Source: Felis catus (Eukaryota). From it: a DNA stretch of 64,000 bases. The position numbers and the translations under genes were made by a program. Positions within the stretch are counted from its first letter, which is position 1. Every line of letters starts with the position of its first letter. Positions 37,881-51,244 of this stretch are shown one piece after another. Below the pieces are notes generated by a model. That model worked only from the letters and a program-made list of their open reading frames with translations. It was not told the origin of the DNA and did no database searches. The stretch spans positions 83,330,001-83,394,000 of the forward strand of contig NC_058368.1 in NCBI RefSeq assembly GCF_018350175.1. The letters run 5' to 3'.

Positions 37881-37892
37881 AAAAACAGTGTT

Positions 37893-38190
37893 TTATTAAA
37901 GTAAAATTAACATATGATGTGATATTAATTCAGGTGTACAACATAATGATTCAGTAACTCTTTACATAACTCAGTACTCACTACAGTAAGTGCAGTCATC
38001 ATTTGTCACTATGCAACTTTATTATGTTATTTATTATATCACCCTATCCTGTACTTCTCATCTACTTGACTTACTTATTTTATAAATAGAAATTTGTATC
38101 TCAGAATTTCATTTATATGTTTCACCAATATCCCCACCTACCTTACCTCTGGCAACCACCAGTTTGTTCTCTGTATTTAAGAGTCTGTTC
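37893..38190 (-). mobile_element. L1 3'-end fragment
   Basis: caggtgtacaacataatgattca...ctctggcaaccaccagtttgttctctg. Confidence 0.7.
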
Positions 38191-38696
38191 AAAATTCCTT
38201 TTTTTAATTACAATTATATGGAAATACAATCTTGTATCCTGAGATAACATATCAGTTCTAACAACTTATTAATGGATTATTTAAGATTTAGTTTACATAT
38301 GATCATTTTATTTATAAATAAAAAATAATTTTACTTTTCCTTTCTAATGTTAAGAGCCTTTTTATTTTCTTGCAAAATTTCCTTGTCTGCCGCCTTCAGA
38401 AATATGTTTAAAATGAGTTGTGAGAGTGCACATCCTTCTTTTGTTTCTGATCCTAGAAGAAAGCATCCTGTTTTTCACCATTAAGTTAGAAAAGAGTTGT
38501 ATGATTCTTCACATATGTCCTTTGCTATTTTAAGGATTTTGTCTTCTTTCCATTTCTGTTGACTTTTTTATTGTAGTAAAGTATGGGATTTTATCAAATA
38601 TTTATTTTGGATCTCTGGTGGTAATCCTGTGGGTTTTGTTTTTAGTTTGTTTTTGCTTTGTTTTGGTTTTTAAGTGTGTTGCATTACTTGATTTCT

Positions 38697-38914
38697 TTTT
38701 TTTTAAGTATTTGTTTATTTATTTATTTGTTTATTTATTTATTTATTTTGACAGAGACTGAGAGCGCAAGTGCGGGAAGGGCAGAGAGTGAGGGGGACAG
38801 AGGATCTCTGTCTGGACAGCAGAGAACCCAACGTGGGACTTGAACTCATTAACCTTGAGATCATGATCTGAGCTGAAGGCAGATGTTTAATTGACTGAGC
38901 CACCCAGGAGCCCC
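38697..38914 (-). mobile_element. SINEC
   Basis: TSD tgcattacttgatttct at 38680-38696 and 38915-38931. Confidence 0.93.
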
Positions 38915-39085
38915 TGCATTACTTGATTTCTGTATGTTAGACAAACCTTTAATTTCTGGAATGAATACTATTCTGTTATAGTGTATAATCATATTTGTAT
39001 GCTTCTTGATATAATTTGTTAATATTTTGTTCTGGATTACCCTGTCTACATTTGTAAGAGAAATTATCTGTCATTTTCATTTCTT

Positions 39086-39276
39086 TTTTTTTTCAACATT
39101 TATTTTTGGGACAGAGAGAGACAGAGCATGAATGGGGGAGGGGCAGAGAGAGAGAAACAGGCTCCAGGCTCTGAGCCATCAGCCCAGAGCCCGACGCGGG
39201 GCTCGAACTCACGGACCGCGAGATCGTGACCTGGCTGAAGTCGGACGCTTAACCGACTGGGCCACCCAGGCGCCCC
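39086..39276 (-). mobile_element. Young felid SINEC with short internal deletion
   Basis: TSD tgtcattttcatttctt at 39069-39085 and 39277-39293; lacks the gggagacacagaatcgg segment. Confidence 0.96.
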
Positions 39277-39611
39277 TGTCATTTTCATTTCTTGAGTTAC
39301 TTTTGTCTGGTATTAGTGTCAGGGAAATATTGTATTCTTACATTTTGAAAACAAAAAATAATTGCTATCACATTTGTTAAAATTCATACCTGAAGTCATG
39401 TGAGCATGGGGTTTCCTTGGAGGTAATTTCTAAATTACTAATTCAATAACTTTACTGTATATATTCAATAAACCTTTACTATAGATATTGAAGTATAGGT
39501 ATTACATAACCATAGATAGTAAATTTTATAAGTTTAATTATATAATCTAAAGAAATGCATAAAGAATTATATATAAATTAGTATAAATGGTAATTATATA
39601 TATATGCATAT

Positions 39612-39792
39612 GTAGTAAAGAACTTATAAAACTTAACACATGAAAATCAAATAATCCAATTAAAACTGGGCAGAAAATATGAATAGAAATTTTTCCAAAG
39701 AATACACAAAGATGGCCAATAAACACACCAAAATTGCTCAAAATCACTTATCATAGGTAAATGCAAATCAAAACTACAATGAGATATCACTA
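39612..39792 (+). mobile_element. L1 ORF2 C-terminal fragment
   Basis: aataatccaattaaaactgggc...caaatcaaaactacaatgagatatcac. Confidence 0.75.
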
Positions 39793-39976
39793 TCATGTGA
39801 TTTAACTTATTCTAGTCACACTTAATGTTATAATTTATATTTTTGATTAAGATATGTAATTATAAATTTTCCATGTATCTCATCTATTTCTTCTTTCATT
39901 CTCTCTTTTGGCATTAAGTACATTTTTAATGTAGAAATTTCTTTTTTTATGACTTTTATTATATTCTGTTATTTTT

Positions 39977-40186
39977 ATTTTTTTCTATGTTTATTCATTT
40001 TTGAAAGACAGAGAGAGACAGAGCACAAGCAGGGGTGGAGTGGAGAAAGGGACACAGAATCTGAAGTAGGCTCCAGGCTCTGAGCTGCCAGCACAGAGCC
40101 CGACGTGGGACTCAAACTCACGAACCATAAGATCATGACCTGAGCCGAAGTCGGATGCTCAACCAACTGAGCCACCCAGGTGCCCC
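39977..40186 (-). mobile_element. SINEC
   Basis: Flanking ttctgttatttt repeat. Confidence 0.9.
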
Positions 40187-41154
40187 TCTTCTGTTATTTT
40201 AATTGTTCTATGATTTGCCACATACATTTTATCTTTATCAAAACCAGTTTAAGCTGATTTGTCACAGTTGAATTTCAGTGCGTACAGAAATTTACTCTAG
40301 CATAGTTTCTTTCCCCCTCTTTTGTGGGAAATTACATTTATAATATTATGAAAGTCAGATATTCTTTTTATAATTCTTACTTGTCTGACTAACTCATTAC
40401 CACTTTGCTGTCAACCATCTCCTTATATCATTTGTTGTTATTGGAAAATTATGAATTAATACTCTCTTAAAACTACATAATTTTCACTATGATTTTGGCA
40501 CATAGATGTGAATTACCATTTCAGTCAGTTTGCCTTCAGCCTGAATTTACTATAGTAATTCTTGTGATTTGACTCTGCTAGTATCATGTAAGCATGTGTT
40601 AATCTATGAATGTTTTTATTTTACTGTTATTTTTAAAATTTGGCTTTGATACATATAGTGTTATTGGTTCACAGTTACTTTGATCACTTCAGTCATATGA
40701 TCACTATGTTTTCAGTAGTTCAATGTCTGTGGAGAAATCAGCTATTAATCCTAGCATGATTTTCATGAGCTATTTTTCTTTTGCTGTCAGGTTGGTGTTT
40801 TACTATAAAGTTAAAAATGTTTTAGCAAATATTTCTTGCAATGTATACACTGAAAATTTTAATTGAATATATATATTTAATGTTTATATGTACTTTTTCT
40901 GCTCATTTATCTTTCTTTTGCTTCTTGTACTCCAAAAGTAAATTTTTTGGTAATCTTGATTTCCTACAATTCTTTGAGTGTTCTTTTTCTTCTTCTCTCT
41001 CCGTTTTCTTTCAATTTTAACTTCTATTTATTTTTATAATGTCCACCGTTTTATATTAGAATTTGGTCATTAATATTTCTGTAATTTCAAGTTTACTCAT
41101 GATTTAAAAAAAATCGTTATTGTAGTTTTCAACGTCAGAATTCCCTTTGTTTTT

Positions 41155-41372
41155 TTTTTGTTGTTGTTGTTTTTATTTTTTATTTTTGGGACAGAGAGAG
41201 ACAGAGCATGAACGGGGGAGGGTCAGAGAGAGAGGGAGACACAGAATCGGAAACAGGCTCCAGGCTCTGAGCCATCAGCCCAGAGCCCGACGCGGGGCTC
41301 GAACTCACGGACCGCGAGATCGTGACCTGGCTGAAGTCGGACGCTCAACCGACTGCGCCACCCAGGCGCCCC
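41155..41372 (-). mobile_element. Young felid SINEC
   Basis: CpG-rich body; flanking ccctttg(t/g)ttttttt. Confidence 0.95.
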
Positions 41373-41539
41373 CCCTTTGGTTTTTTTTAGTTATTTATTT
41401 TTATTGGTGTTCTCTGATACAATATTAAAATCAAACTTTATTTTCAAATCATAGTTTAATTTAGTTTTTAGAACACACCATGCATACTTTGATGTTTTTG
41501 TTTCTGATAACCTCTGAATATTTTCCCTGATATATGGAG

Positions 41540-41955
41540 TCTGCATTCCAGTTTCTCTCCAAAATGAATAACATTACAGTTTGTTTGTTTTGTTCTTGTC
41601 TTAAGAGACATGTAAAATAATGTTGCCACAGCTGAAGTAAAATAAACTCCTGCGTGTTTATCTTCTAAAACTTTTATCATTTCTGGTCTCATGTTTAGAT
41701 ATTTAGTCCATTTTGAGTATATTTTGTGTGTGGTAGCAGAAAGTGATTCAGTTTTATTCTTTACCAAATTTCTGTCCACTTTCCCCAGCACCATTTATTG
41801 GAGAAATTGTCTTTTCCCATTGTGTATTCTTGCCTCCTTTTTCATAGATTAATTGACCATATAAACATGTTTATTTCTTGGCTATCTGGTATGTTCCATT
41901 GGTCTTTCTGTGCCAGTAAAAAATTGTTTTCATTATTAAAACTTTGTTCTATATC
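41540..41955 (-). mobile_element. L1 ORF2 3' fragment
   Basis: tccccagcaccatttattggagaaattgtcttttccc, reverse of the [10 protein letters not shown] region. Confidence 0.8.
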
Positions 41956-42354
41956 CTCACATTTGGGTGGGAGGTGTTAAGATGGTGGTGCAGTAGGGGT
42001 ACCGTGGACCAGTCTCATCTCTTACACACAGCAAAATCAACATCTAATTTTGAAAATCTAGGCAATTGATCTGAGTATTAAGAGAATATTATGTATAATA
42101 TGAAAGAGAGAGAACACAGCAAGCTTATTTTAACAAAGAAATAAAAAGCTCACCTAGTTAAGAGTCCAGACAGTCCCCACTATAGGCAAAGAGGAATTCT
42201 GCAGAAGACTGGTGTGGGGGAAAGAGCAGCCAAATCTCAACAGTTGAATTCACATAGCACATACCAGAGACACTTCCTGAAGCACTAGGCCTGGACAATG
42301 TATAAACCCTTATTAATATAGCATTACACTAAGGAGTGGGTAATATAACACTTT

Positions 42355-42579
42355 TTCTTTTTAAAATTTTTTTAAAGTTTATTTTTGAGAGTTAGAGAAA
42401 CAGAGAGAGGCAGAGGGCAAACAGAGAAGAGGTAGAGAGAGAGGGGGACAGAATTGGAAGCAGGTTCCAGACTCTGAGCTGTCAGCATACAGCCTGATGT
42501 GGGGCTTGAACTACAAACTGTGAAATCAGTACCTGAGCCAAAGCCATACACTTAACCAACTGAGCCATCTGGGAACCCC
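42355..42579 (-). mobile_element. SINEC, older
   Basis: Reverse body with GA tract. Confidence 0.85.
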
Positions 42580-43877
42580 AACACAACAAGCTTTCATACA
42601 TACAAAGGACAAAAACTCAGTGAAAATGAAAAGTGATGAGTTCTCCTTCAAAGAAAGATCAAGAAGAAACTACTACCAGGGATTTGCTAAAAAAAGATTA
42701 TAAACAATATATCTGAACAAAAGTTTATAACAACAGTCATAAGAATAGTGTCTAGGCTTGAAAGAAACATAAAAGACTCCAGAGAAATTCCTGCTGAGAT
42801 CAAAGACCAGAAACTAGACAGGCAAAAATTAAAAAAAAAATGCTATTACTGAGATGAAAAAAAAACTAGATGTAATTATGAGGATGGAAGCATAGCATCA
42901 AATAGGTGACATAGAAGATAAAATTATGGAAAATAATGAAGCTGAAAAGGAGAGGGGAAAATATTAGATCTCAAATATAGATTTAGTGAAATCAGCAATT
43001 CTATAAAGCACAAGAATATCCATATCATAGGAATACCAAGTGAAGAGCAGGAAAAAGGGACAGAAGATTTATTTGAAAAAATAATAGCTTGAACTTCCCT
43101 AATCTGTGGAAGGAAACAGGTATTCAAATCCAAAAGGTACAGACAACTTCCCTTACAATCAACAAAAACACATCAAGACATATCATAGTGAAATTTGCAA
43201 AATACAAAGATAAAATGAGATTTCTGAAAGCAAGTAGAGATAAAAGGTCATTAACCTACAAGGGTAGAAACATATAGTTAGCAGCAGACCTGTCCACACA
43301 AACTTGACAAGACAGAAGGGAGCAGCATTGATATATTCAATGTGCTAAATGGAAAAATATGCAGCCAATGATATTTTATACAACAAGGCTGTCATTCAGA
43401 ATAGAAGGAGAGATAATGATTTCCTAGGACGAGCAAAACTAAAGGAGTTCATGAACACTAAACACTAAAGAGAAGACTCTTTGAGCTGGAAAGAGATACA
43501 AAAAAACAAAGACTAGAAAGGAACAAAGACAATCTACAGAAAAGGTGATTCTACAGGTAATATAATGACATTAAATGTATATCTATCAATAATTACTCTA
43601 AATGTAAATGGACTAAATGCTCCAATCAAAAGACATAGGGTAATAGAATGAATTAAAAAAAAAACAAGATCCTTCAATATGCTGCTTATAAGAGACTGAT
43701 TTTAGATAATGACTCCTTAAGATTGAAAATGAGGGGATGGAGAACCATTTGTCATATTAATGGACATCAAAAGAAAGCTGGAGTAGCAATACTTATACAA
43801 ATCAAATTTTAATCCAAAACCTGTAATAAGAGTTGAAGGGTGAGATATCATAGTAAAGGGATCTATCCAGCAAGATT

Positions 43878-44110
43878 TTTTTTTAATTTTGTTAATGTTT
43901 CTATATTTTTGAGAAAGAGAGAGAGGGAGAGAGAGAGAAAGAAAGCGTGAGCAAGAGAAGGACAGAGAGGGAGGGAGACACAGAATCCAAAGCAGGCTTC
44001 AGGCTCTGAGCTGTCAACACATAGCCTGATGCAGAGCTCGAAATCATGAACTGCGAGATCATAACCTGAACTGAAGTTGGACGCTTAACCGGCTGAGCTA
44101 GCCAGGTGCC
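43878..44110 (-). mobile_element. SINEC
   Basis: Reverse body; flanking aagattt. Confidence 0.88.
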
Positions 44111-44562
44111 ACAAAAAGATTTAACAATTACAAATATTTGTGCCTCCAACTTGAAAGCAGCCAAATATGTAAGTCAATTAATGACAAACTTTAAGAAACT
44201 CATTGATAATCATACAGTAAAAGCAGGAGACTTTAAAAATCACGCTTACAACAATGGACACATTACCTAAGCAGCAGATCAACAAGGAAACAATGGATTT
44301 GAATGACACACAGGACCAGATGGACTTAACAAATATATTCAGAATATTCCACTCTAAATCAGAAGAATACACATTTTCTTCAAGTGCACATGGAACATTC
44401 TTCAGAATATATCATATACTGGGTCACAAATCAGGCTTCAACTGGTACAAAAATATTGATAGCATACCATGCATATTTTCAGATCACAACATTATGAAAC
44501 TTGAAGTCAACCGCAAGAACAAAATTGGAAAGACTACATGAAGGTTAAAGAGTGAATGTATT

Positions 44563-44770
44563 GGGGGCATCTGATTGGCTCAGTTGGTTAAACATCCGAC
44601 TTTGGCTCAGGTCATGATCTCATGGCTCATGAGTTTGAGCCCCACATAAGGCTCTGTGCTGACAGCCCAGAGACTATAGTCAGCTTCAGATTCTGTGTCT
44701 CCCTCTCTCTCTACCCCTCCCTCACTCGTTATTTCTCTCTCTCTCTCTCTCAAAAATAAATAAATATTTT
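44563..44770 (+). mobile_element. SINEC
   Basis: Flanking aaagagtga(a/g)tg repeat. Confidence 0.88.
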
Positions 44771-45462
44771 AAAAGAGTGAGTGGATTAACCAAGAAATTA
44801 AATTAAAAATAAGAAAAAATACATGAAAACCAATGAAAATGAAAACATGACAGTCCAAAACCTTTGGGATAAAGCAAAGTTGGTCATAACAGGGAAGTAA
44901 ATAGCAATGCAAGCCTTTCTCAAGATGGAAAAAAGTCTCAAATACACAACCTAATCTTACACTTAAAAGAACCAGAGAAAGAACAGCCAATAAAACCCAA
45001 AACCAGCAGAAGAAGGGAAGTAATAAAGACTAGAGAAGAAATAAATCATGTAGAGATTTAAAAGAAAAAAGTATAACAAATCAACGAATGTAGGAGCTGA
45101 TTCCTCAAAAGAATTAACAAAATTGATAATTACCTCTCCATACTTACCACAATGAAAAGAGAAAGGATCTGAATAAATTAAATGATGAATGAAAGATGAG
45201 ACATACAAAAATACACACAATTATAAGAGTATATTATGAGCAATTCTATTCCCCTAAAATTGGGCAATCTGGAAGAAACAGCTGAATTCCTACAAATGTA
45301 TAATCTACCAAAACTGAAATAGGAAGAAACAGAAAATTTTAACAGACCTATAACCAGTAAAGAAATTGAATCAGTAATGAATAATCTCCAAACAAAATTT
45401 CAGGGCTGGATGGCTTCCCAGGGGATTTCTACCAAATATTTAAAGAATTAATACCTGTTCTC

Positions 45463-45682
45463 GGGGCGCCTGGGTGGCGCAGTCGGTTAAGCGTCCGACT
45501 TCAGCCAGGTCACGATCTCGCGGTCCGTGAGTTCGAGCCCCGCATCAGGCTCTGGGCTGATGGCTTGGAGCCTGGAGCCTGTTTCTGATTCTGTGTCTCC
45601 CTCTCTCTCTGCCCCTCCCCCGTTCATGCTCTGTCTCTCTCTGTCCCAAAAATAAATAAAAACATGGAAAAAAATTTAAAAA
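45463..45682 (+). mobile_element. Young felid SINEC
   Basis: 20-bp TSD aaagaattaatacctgttct at 45442-45461 and 45683-45702. Confidence 0.97.
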
Positions 45683-47150
45683 AAAGAATTAATACCTGTT
45701 CTTTTGAAACTGTTCCAAAAAATAGAAATGGAAGGAAAACTTCCAAAGTCATTCTACAAGGCTACTATTACCTTGATTCTAAAACCAGTCAAAGACCCAC
45801 TTAAAAAGGAAAATTACAGACCAATATCCCTGTTGAACAGGGATGCTGTAACTCTCAAGACATTAACAAGTAAAATCCAAGAAACATTTTAATGTTTAAG
45901 AATTATTCACCACTATCAAGGAGGATTTATTACTGGAATGCAGGGCTGGTTTAGTATGTCCAAATCAATCAATGCGATGCACCACATTACTAAAACAAAG
46001 CCTAGGAACCATATTATCATATCAAGAGATGCAGGGAAATCATTTGACAACACACAGCATCCTTTATGGATAAAAACAGTCAACCAAGTAGGGAGTGAAA
46101 GAACATACCTAAACATCATAAAGTCCATATACAAAATACCCACAGCTGATATCATTCTCAATAGGGAAAAACTGAGAACTTTCCTTTTAATGTCAGGAAC
46201 ACGACAGGGCTGTCCACTCTGACCATTGTTGTTCAGCATAAGCCTCAGCAATCAGAAAACAACAACAACAACAAAAAAGAAAATTCATCCAAATTGGCGA
46301 GGAAGAAATCTAACTTTCACTTTTAACAGATGACATGATACTCTACATGGAAAACCAAAAAACGCCTCCACCAAATAAATACTAGAACTGACAAATGAAA
46401 TCAGAAAATTCACATGATATAAAATCAATGTACATAAATCTGTAGCATTTCTAAACATCAATAATGAAGCAGCAAAAAGAAATCAAATAATTGATCCCAT
46501 TTACCATTGTGCCAAAAACCATATGATACCTAGGAGTAGATCAAAGCAGAGAGGTAAAAGATCTGTGTTCTGAAAACTATAGAATACTTATGGAAGAAAT
46601 TGAAGACAGCACAAAGAAATGGGAAAACTTTCCATGCTCATGGATTGGAAGAAGAAACATTGTAAATGTCTGTACTACCCAAGGGAATCTACAAATTCAA
46701 TGCACATTCAATTCACAGAGCTAGAACAAAAAAAAACACTTAAATTTGTATAGAACCAGAAAAGACCCCAAACAGCCATTGTAATGTTGAAAAAGAAAAC
46801 CAGAGCTGGTGGCATTACAATTCCTGACTTTAAGCTGTTTTACAAAGAGGTAATCCTCAAGACAGTTAGGTACTGGCACAAAAACAACACATAGATCAAT
46901 GGAACAGAATAGAGGATCCAGAAATGCACCCACAACTATATGGTCAACTCACCTTCAACAAAGCAAGAAAGAATATCCATTGGGAAAAAAGACTCTCTTC
47001 AACAAATGGTGTTGGCAAAACTGGATGCAACATTTAGAAGAACGAAAGAAGAACTTTCTTACACCATACACAAAAATAAATCCAAAGTGGATGAAAGACC
47101 TAAACGTGAGACAGGGAAATGTCAAAATGTTAGAGGAGAACACAGGCAGC

Positions 47151-47920
47151 ATGTAGTTGATTTCTAGCTTCATACAATTGTGTTCAGAAAGATGTATGTA
47201 TACTTTTAATCTTCTTAATTTCATTGAGATATTTTTTGCCTAACATGATTTATTTTGGAGACTGTTTCATGTGCACTTGAAAATAATGTGTTTTCTGTTG
47301 TTTTTGGATGGAATGTTCTGAATATATCTGTTATGTACATCTAGTCCAATGTGCCACACAAAGACACTGTTTGCTTATTGATTTGCTGCCTAATATATCC
47401 ACTGATTTAAGTGGGGTACTAAAACCCCTACTATTAGTTACTACCATTAATTTCCCTCTTTGTGTCTTAACATTTGCTTCACACATTTAGGTGTTCCAAA
47501 ATTGAGTACATAAATATTTACAAGTATATCCTGCTGTTGGATATATTATTATTTTGTAATGTCTTCGTCTCTTGCTACATTTTATTTTTTAAATGTTTAT
47601 TAATTTATTTTGAGGGCGAAAGAGGGCAGGAAGAGGGACAGAAAGGAAGGGGAGAGAGAAATCCAAGCAGTCTCTGTGCCAATAGCACAGAGCTGGACGT
47701 GGGTCTTGAAGTCATGAATTGTGAGATCATGGCCTGATCTGAAATCGAGAATTGGACTCTTAACCAACTGAGCCACCCAGGCACCTCTCTTGTTATGTTT
47801 TAAAGTCTATTTTGTGATATAATCATTGCTATCCTGTCTTTTTTTAACCTTACATTAGCATGGTAAATGTTTTTCCATCTCTTCACTTTCATTAATATGT
47901 ATTTTTTAAACATTGATGAT
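47151..47920 (-). mobile_element. Inverted L1 endonuclease-region fragment inside the host L1; contains a SINEC at ~47580-47785
   Basis: Reverse EN motifs (catgtgcacttgaaaataatgtg, catctagtccaatgtg); no poly-A or TSD seen. Confidence 0.8.
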
Positions 47921-49554
47921 ATATAAATCATATGGAACCATATGGTATCATCAAGATAAAAAGCTTCTGCACAGTGAAGGAAGCAGTAAACAAAATTAAA
48001 AGGAAGGCTATAGAATGGGAGAAGATATTTTCAAATGACATATTGGACAAAGGGCTAGTATCCAAAATCTATAAAGAGCTTATAAAAATCAACACCCCAA
48101 AAATAAAAATTCTAGTTAAGAAATGGACAGAAGAAATGAAGAGACACTTCTTCAAAGAGGATATACAAATGGCTAACCAACACATGAGAAAACATTCAAA
48201 ATAACCTATCATCAGGGAAATACAAATCAAAACCACAATGAAATATCATCTCACACCTGTCAGGATGGCTAAAATTCGCTACTCAGGAAACAACAGATAA
48301 TGGCAAAGATGAGGAGAAAGGGGAACCCACTTATTCTGTTTGTGGGAATGCAAACTGCTGCAGCCACTCTGGAAAACAGTGTGGAGGTTCCTCAGAAAGT
48401 TAATTACAAAAATATACTATGGTGCAGAAATTGCACTACTAGGTATTTATTCAAAGGATACAAAAATACTGATTTGAAGGTGCATAGGCGCCCTAATGTT
48501 TATAGCAGCACTATCAACAATATCCATATTATGGAAAGAGTCCAAATGTCCATAAAATGATGAGTGGAGAAAAAAGAGGTGGTATATGCATACAATGGAA
48601 TATTAATCAGCCATCAAAAACAATGGAATCTTGCCATTTGCAACAAGGGTGGAACTGGAGTGTACTATGGTAAACAAAATAAGTCAGAGAAAGAAAAATA
48701 CCATATGGTTTCCCTCAGATGTGGAGTTTAAGAAACAAAACATAAAACATTAGGTGAAGATAAGGAAAAATAATATAAAAACAAAGAAGGAGGCAAACCA
48801 TAAAAGGCTCTTAACTGTAATGAACAAACAGGGTTGCTGGAGGGAAGGTGGGTAGGGGGTGGGCTAAATGGGTGATGGGTATTAAGGAAGGCATTGTTGT
48901 CATGAGCACTGTTATGTGTAAGTGATGAATCACTAAATTCTACTCCTCAAATCAATACTAAACTGTATGTTAACTGACTTGAATTTGAAAAAAATCTTGG
49001 AAGAAAAAATAAAAGAAATTTGAACTATACAACTCGGGTTTTCTAGCCATAACATTAGAGGATTACATTTTAGAACCATGTGTCAAACAGATAGAGAAAC
49101 CACTTGTTTATATAACAATATTAAGGAGGGAAAGGCAACAATGTTTAATGTCAGGGTCAATGCATCTATTTTTGTTTATCTGTATCTATTTCTTGAGCCA
49201 TCCCTAGAAAATAATTTTTAAATTTTTATGTCTTCAAATTTTATACTTTCAACTAATTTAAAAAGTTTAAAATATATAAAATAATGCATGTTTCTCTACC
49301 TAGTCCATGTTGACTTATTCTTAAATTATGGTAAACAATTACAGTCTGTATACTTAATGCATTTTTGAGATTTTAGAAATTCTGAGACCTTATTACCATA
49401 GGGTACAAGTGATACATCTGGCCAAATGGTAGTGGCATCACAAACTCAAAATTATGAATCCATCTTGCAGTTTAAAAATTTTAAACTACTTTGTTAACAG
49501 ATACTTATTTTGCATTGTAAACAAGTGTAATTGAGTATCAAAAACTCTTTCAAT

Positions 49555-49742
49555 TAAATTTTTTAAGTTTATTTATTTTGAAAGACAGAACCAGCAGGGA
49601 AGTGGCAGAGAGGGAGAGAGGGGAACAGAGGATCTGAAGTGGGCTCCACACTGAAAGCCTAATGTGGGTCTAAAACTCACCAACCACAAGATCATGACCC
49701 GAGACAAAGTCAGTCAGTTAACCAACTAAACCACCAAGATAT
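49555..49742 (-). mobile_element. SINEC, older
   Basis: Reverse body; flanking ctctttca repeat. Confidence 0.8.
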
Positions 49743-49944
49743 CTCTCTTTCATTTAAAAATTTAATCCCATATTCAAGAAATTTGGACTAACAATTGTTC
49801 CTCCATGTCTAGGATTCTAAATATCAGATATAATATATAATTTTACAGAGAAATTCCAAACAGTATAGTTATTTTAATATCTAATTAATAGAGATTATGA
49901 AAAAAAATGTTTTTTGAACACATTCTTTAAAAAAGATAACTCAT

Positions 49945-50390
49945 TATAGACACTTCTCCAAAGACATACAGATGACCAAACGACATATGAAAAAATACTC
50001 AACATCACTCATCATCAGGGAAAACAAATCAAAACCACAATGAGATACCACCTCACACTTGTAAGAATGGCTAACGTTAACAACTCAGGCAACAGATGTT
50101 GGTGAGGATGCAGAGAAAGAAGATCTCTTTTGCACTGCTGGTGGGAATACAAACTGGTGCAGCCACTCTGGAAAACAGTATGGAAGTTCCTCGAAAAATT
50201 AAAAATAGAATTACCCTACAACTCAACAATTGCACTGCTAGGTATTTATCCATGGGATAGAGGTAGGCTGTTTTGAAGGGGCAAGTGAACCCCAATGTTT
50301 ATAGCAGCACTATCAACAATAGCCAAAGTATGGAAAGAGCCCAAATGTCCATCGATGGATGAATGGATAAAGAAGATGTAATGTGTGTGC

Positions 50391-50436
<46 letters not shown>

Positions 50437-51045
50437 GTATATATATATATAATGGAATATTACTCGGCAATCAAAAATAATGAAATCTTGGGGCGCCTGG
50501 GTGGCTCAGTCGGTTGAGCGTCCGACTTCAGCTCAGGTCACGATCTTGCAGTCCATGAGTTCGAGCCCCACGTCAGGCTCTGGGCTGATGGCTCAGAGCC
50601 TGGAGCCTGCTTCCATTCTGTGTCTCCCTCTCTCTCTGCCCCTCCCCCATTCATGCTCTGTCTCTCTCTGTCTCAAAAATAAATAAAACGTTAAAAAATT
50701 TTAAAAAAATAAAAAAATGAAATCTTACCATTTGTGACTACATGGAAGGAACTAGAGGATGTTATGTGAAGCAAAATTAGTCAGAGAAAGACAAATATCA
50801 TATGACTTCACTCACATGAGGACTTTAGGATACAAAACAGATCAACATAAGGGAAGAGAAGCAAAAATAATATAAAAAAGGGGGGTGGGGACAAAACATG
50901 AGACTCTTAAATATGGGGAACAAACAGAGGGCTACTGGAGAGGTAGGTTGTGGGAAGGGAGATTAACTAAATGGGTAAGGGGCATTAAGGAATCTACTCC
51001 TGAAATCATTGTTGCACTATAGGCTAACTAACTTGGATGTAAATT
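49945..51045 (+). mobile_element. 5'-truncated carnivore L1
   Basis: agacacttctccaaagacatacagatg through 3'UTR; (TA)n at ~50394-50450. Confidence 0.88.
50490..50715 (+). mobile_element. Felid SINEC inside L1
   Basis: TSD aatgaaatctt at 50479-50489 and 50716-50726. Confidence 0.95.
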
Positions 51046-51054
51046 TTATAATAT

Positions 51055-51244
51055 TTTTTTAGAGTTTTATTTATTTTGGGAGAAAGAGGTGGAGAGCACA
51101 AGCAGGGGAGGGGCAGAGAGGGGGATAGAAGCAGGCTCTGCACTGACAGTGGGCAGCCTGATGTGGGGCTTAAACTCACAAACTGTGAAATCATGACCTC
51201 AGTTGAAGCCAGATGCTCAACTGACTGAAGAACCCAGATGCCCC
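51055..51244 (-). mobile_element. SINEC, older
   Basis: Reverse body ending cccagatgcccc. Confidence 0.82.

Larger units (their letters stand above)
36140..41125 (-). mobile_element. Highly degraded old L1 (L1M-type), fragmented by later insertions
   Basis: Scattered reverse ORF2 motifs (tctcattgtggtttcaatttg, ttgatgaagtccaa, gagagtgcacatcct). Confidence 0.65.
41965..49015 (+). mobile_element. Older near full-length carnivore L1 with shortened 5'UTR, several nested insertions
   Basis: 5' end gggaggtgttaagatgg; ORF1 ~42625-43490; ORF2 from ~43564 (DTQDQMDLT, MQGWF, acagatgac); 3'UTR and A-rich tail. Confidence 0.9.
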
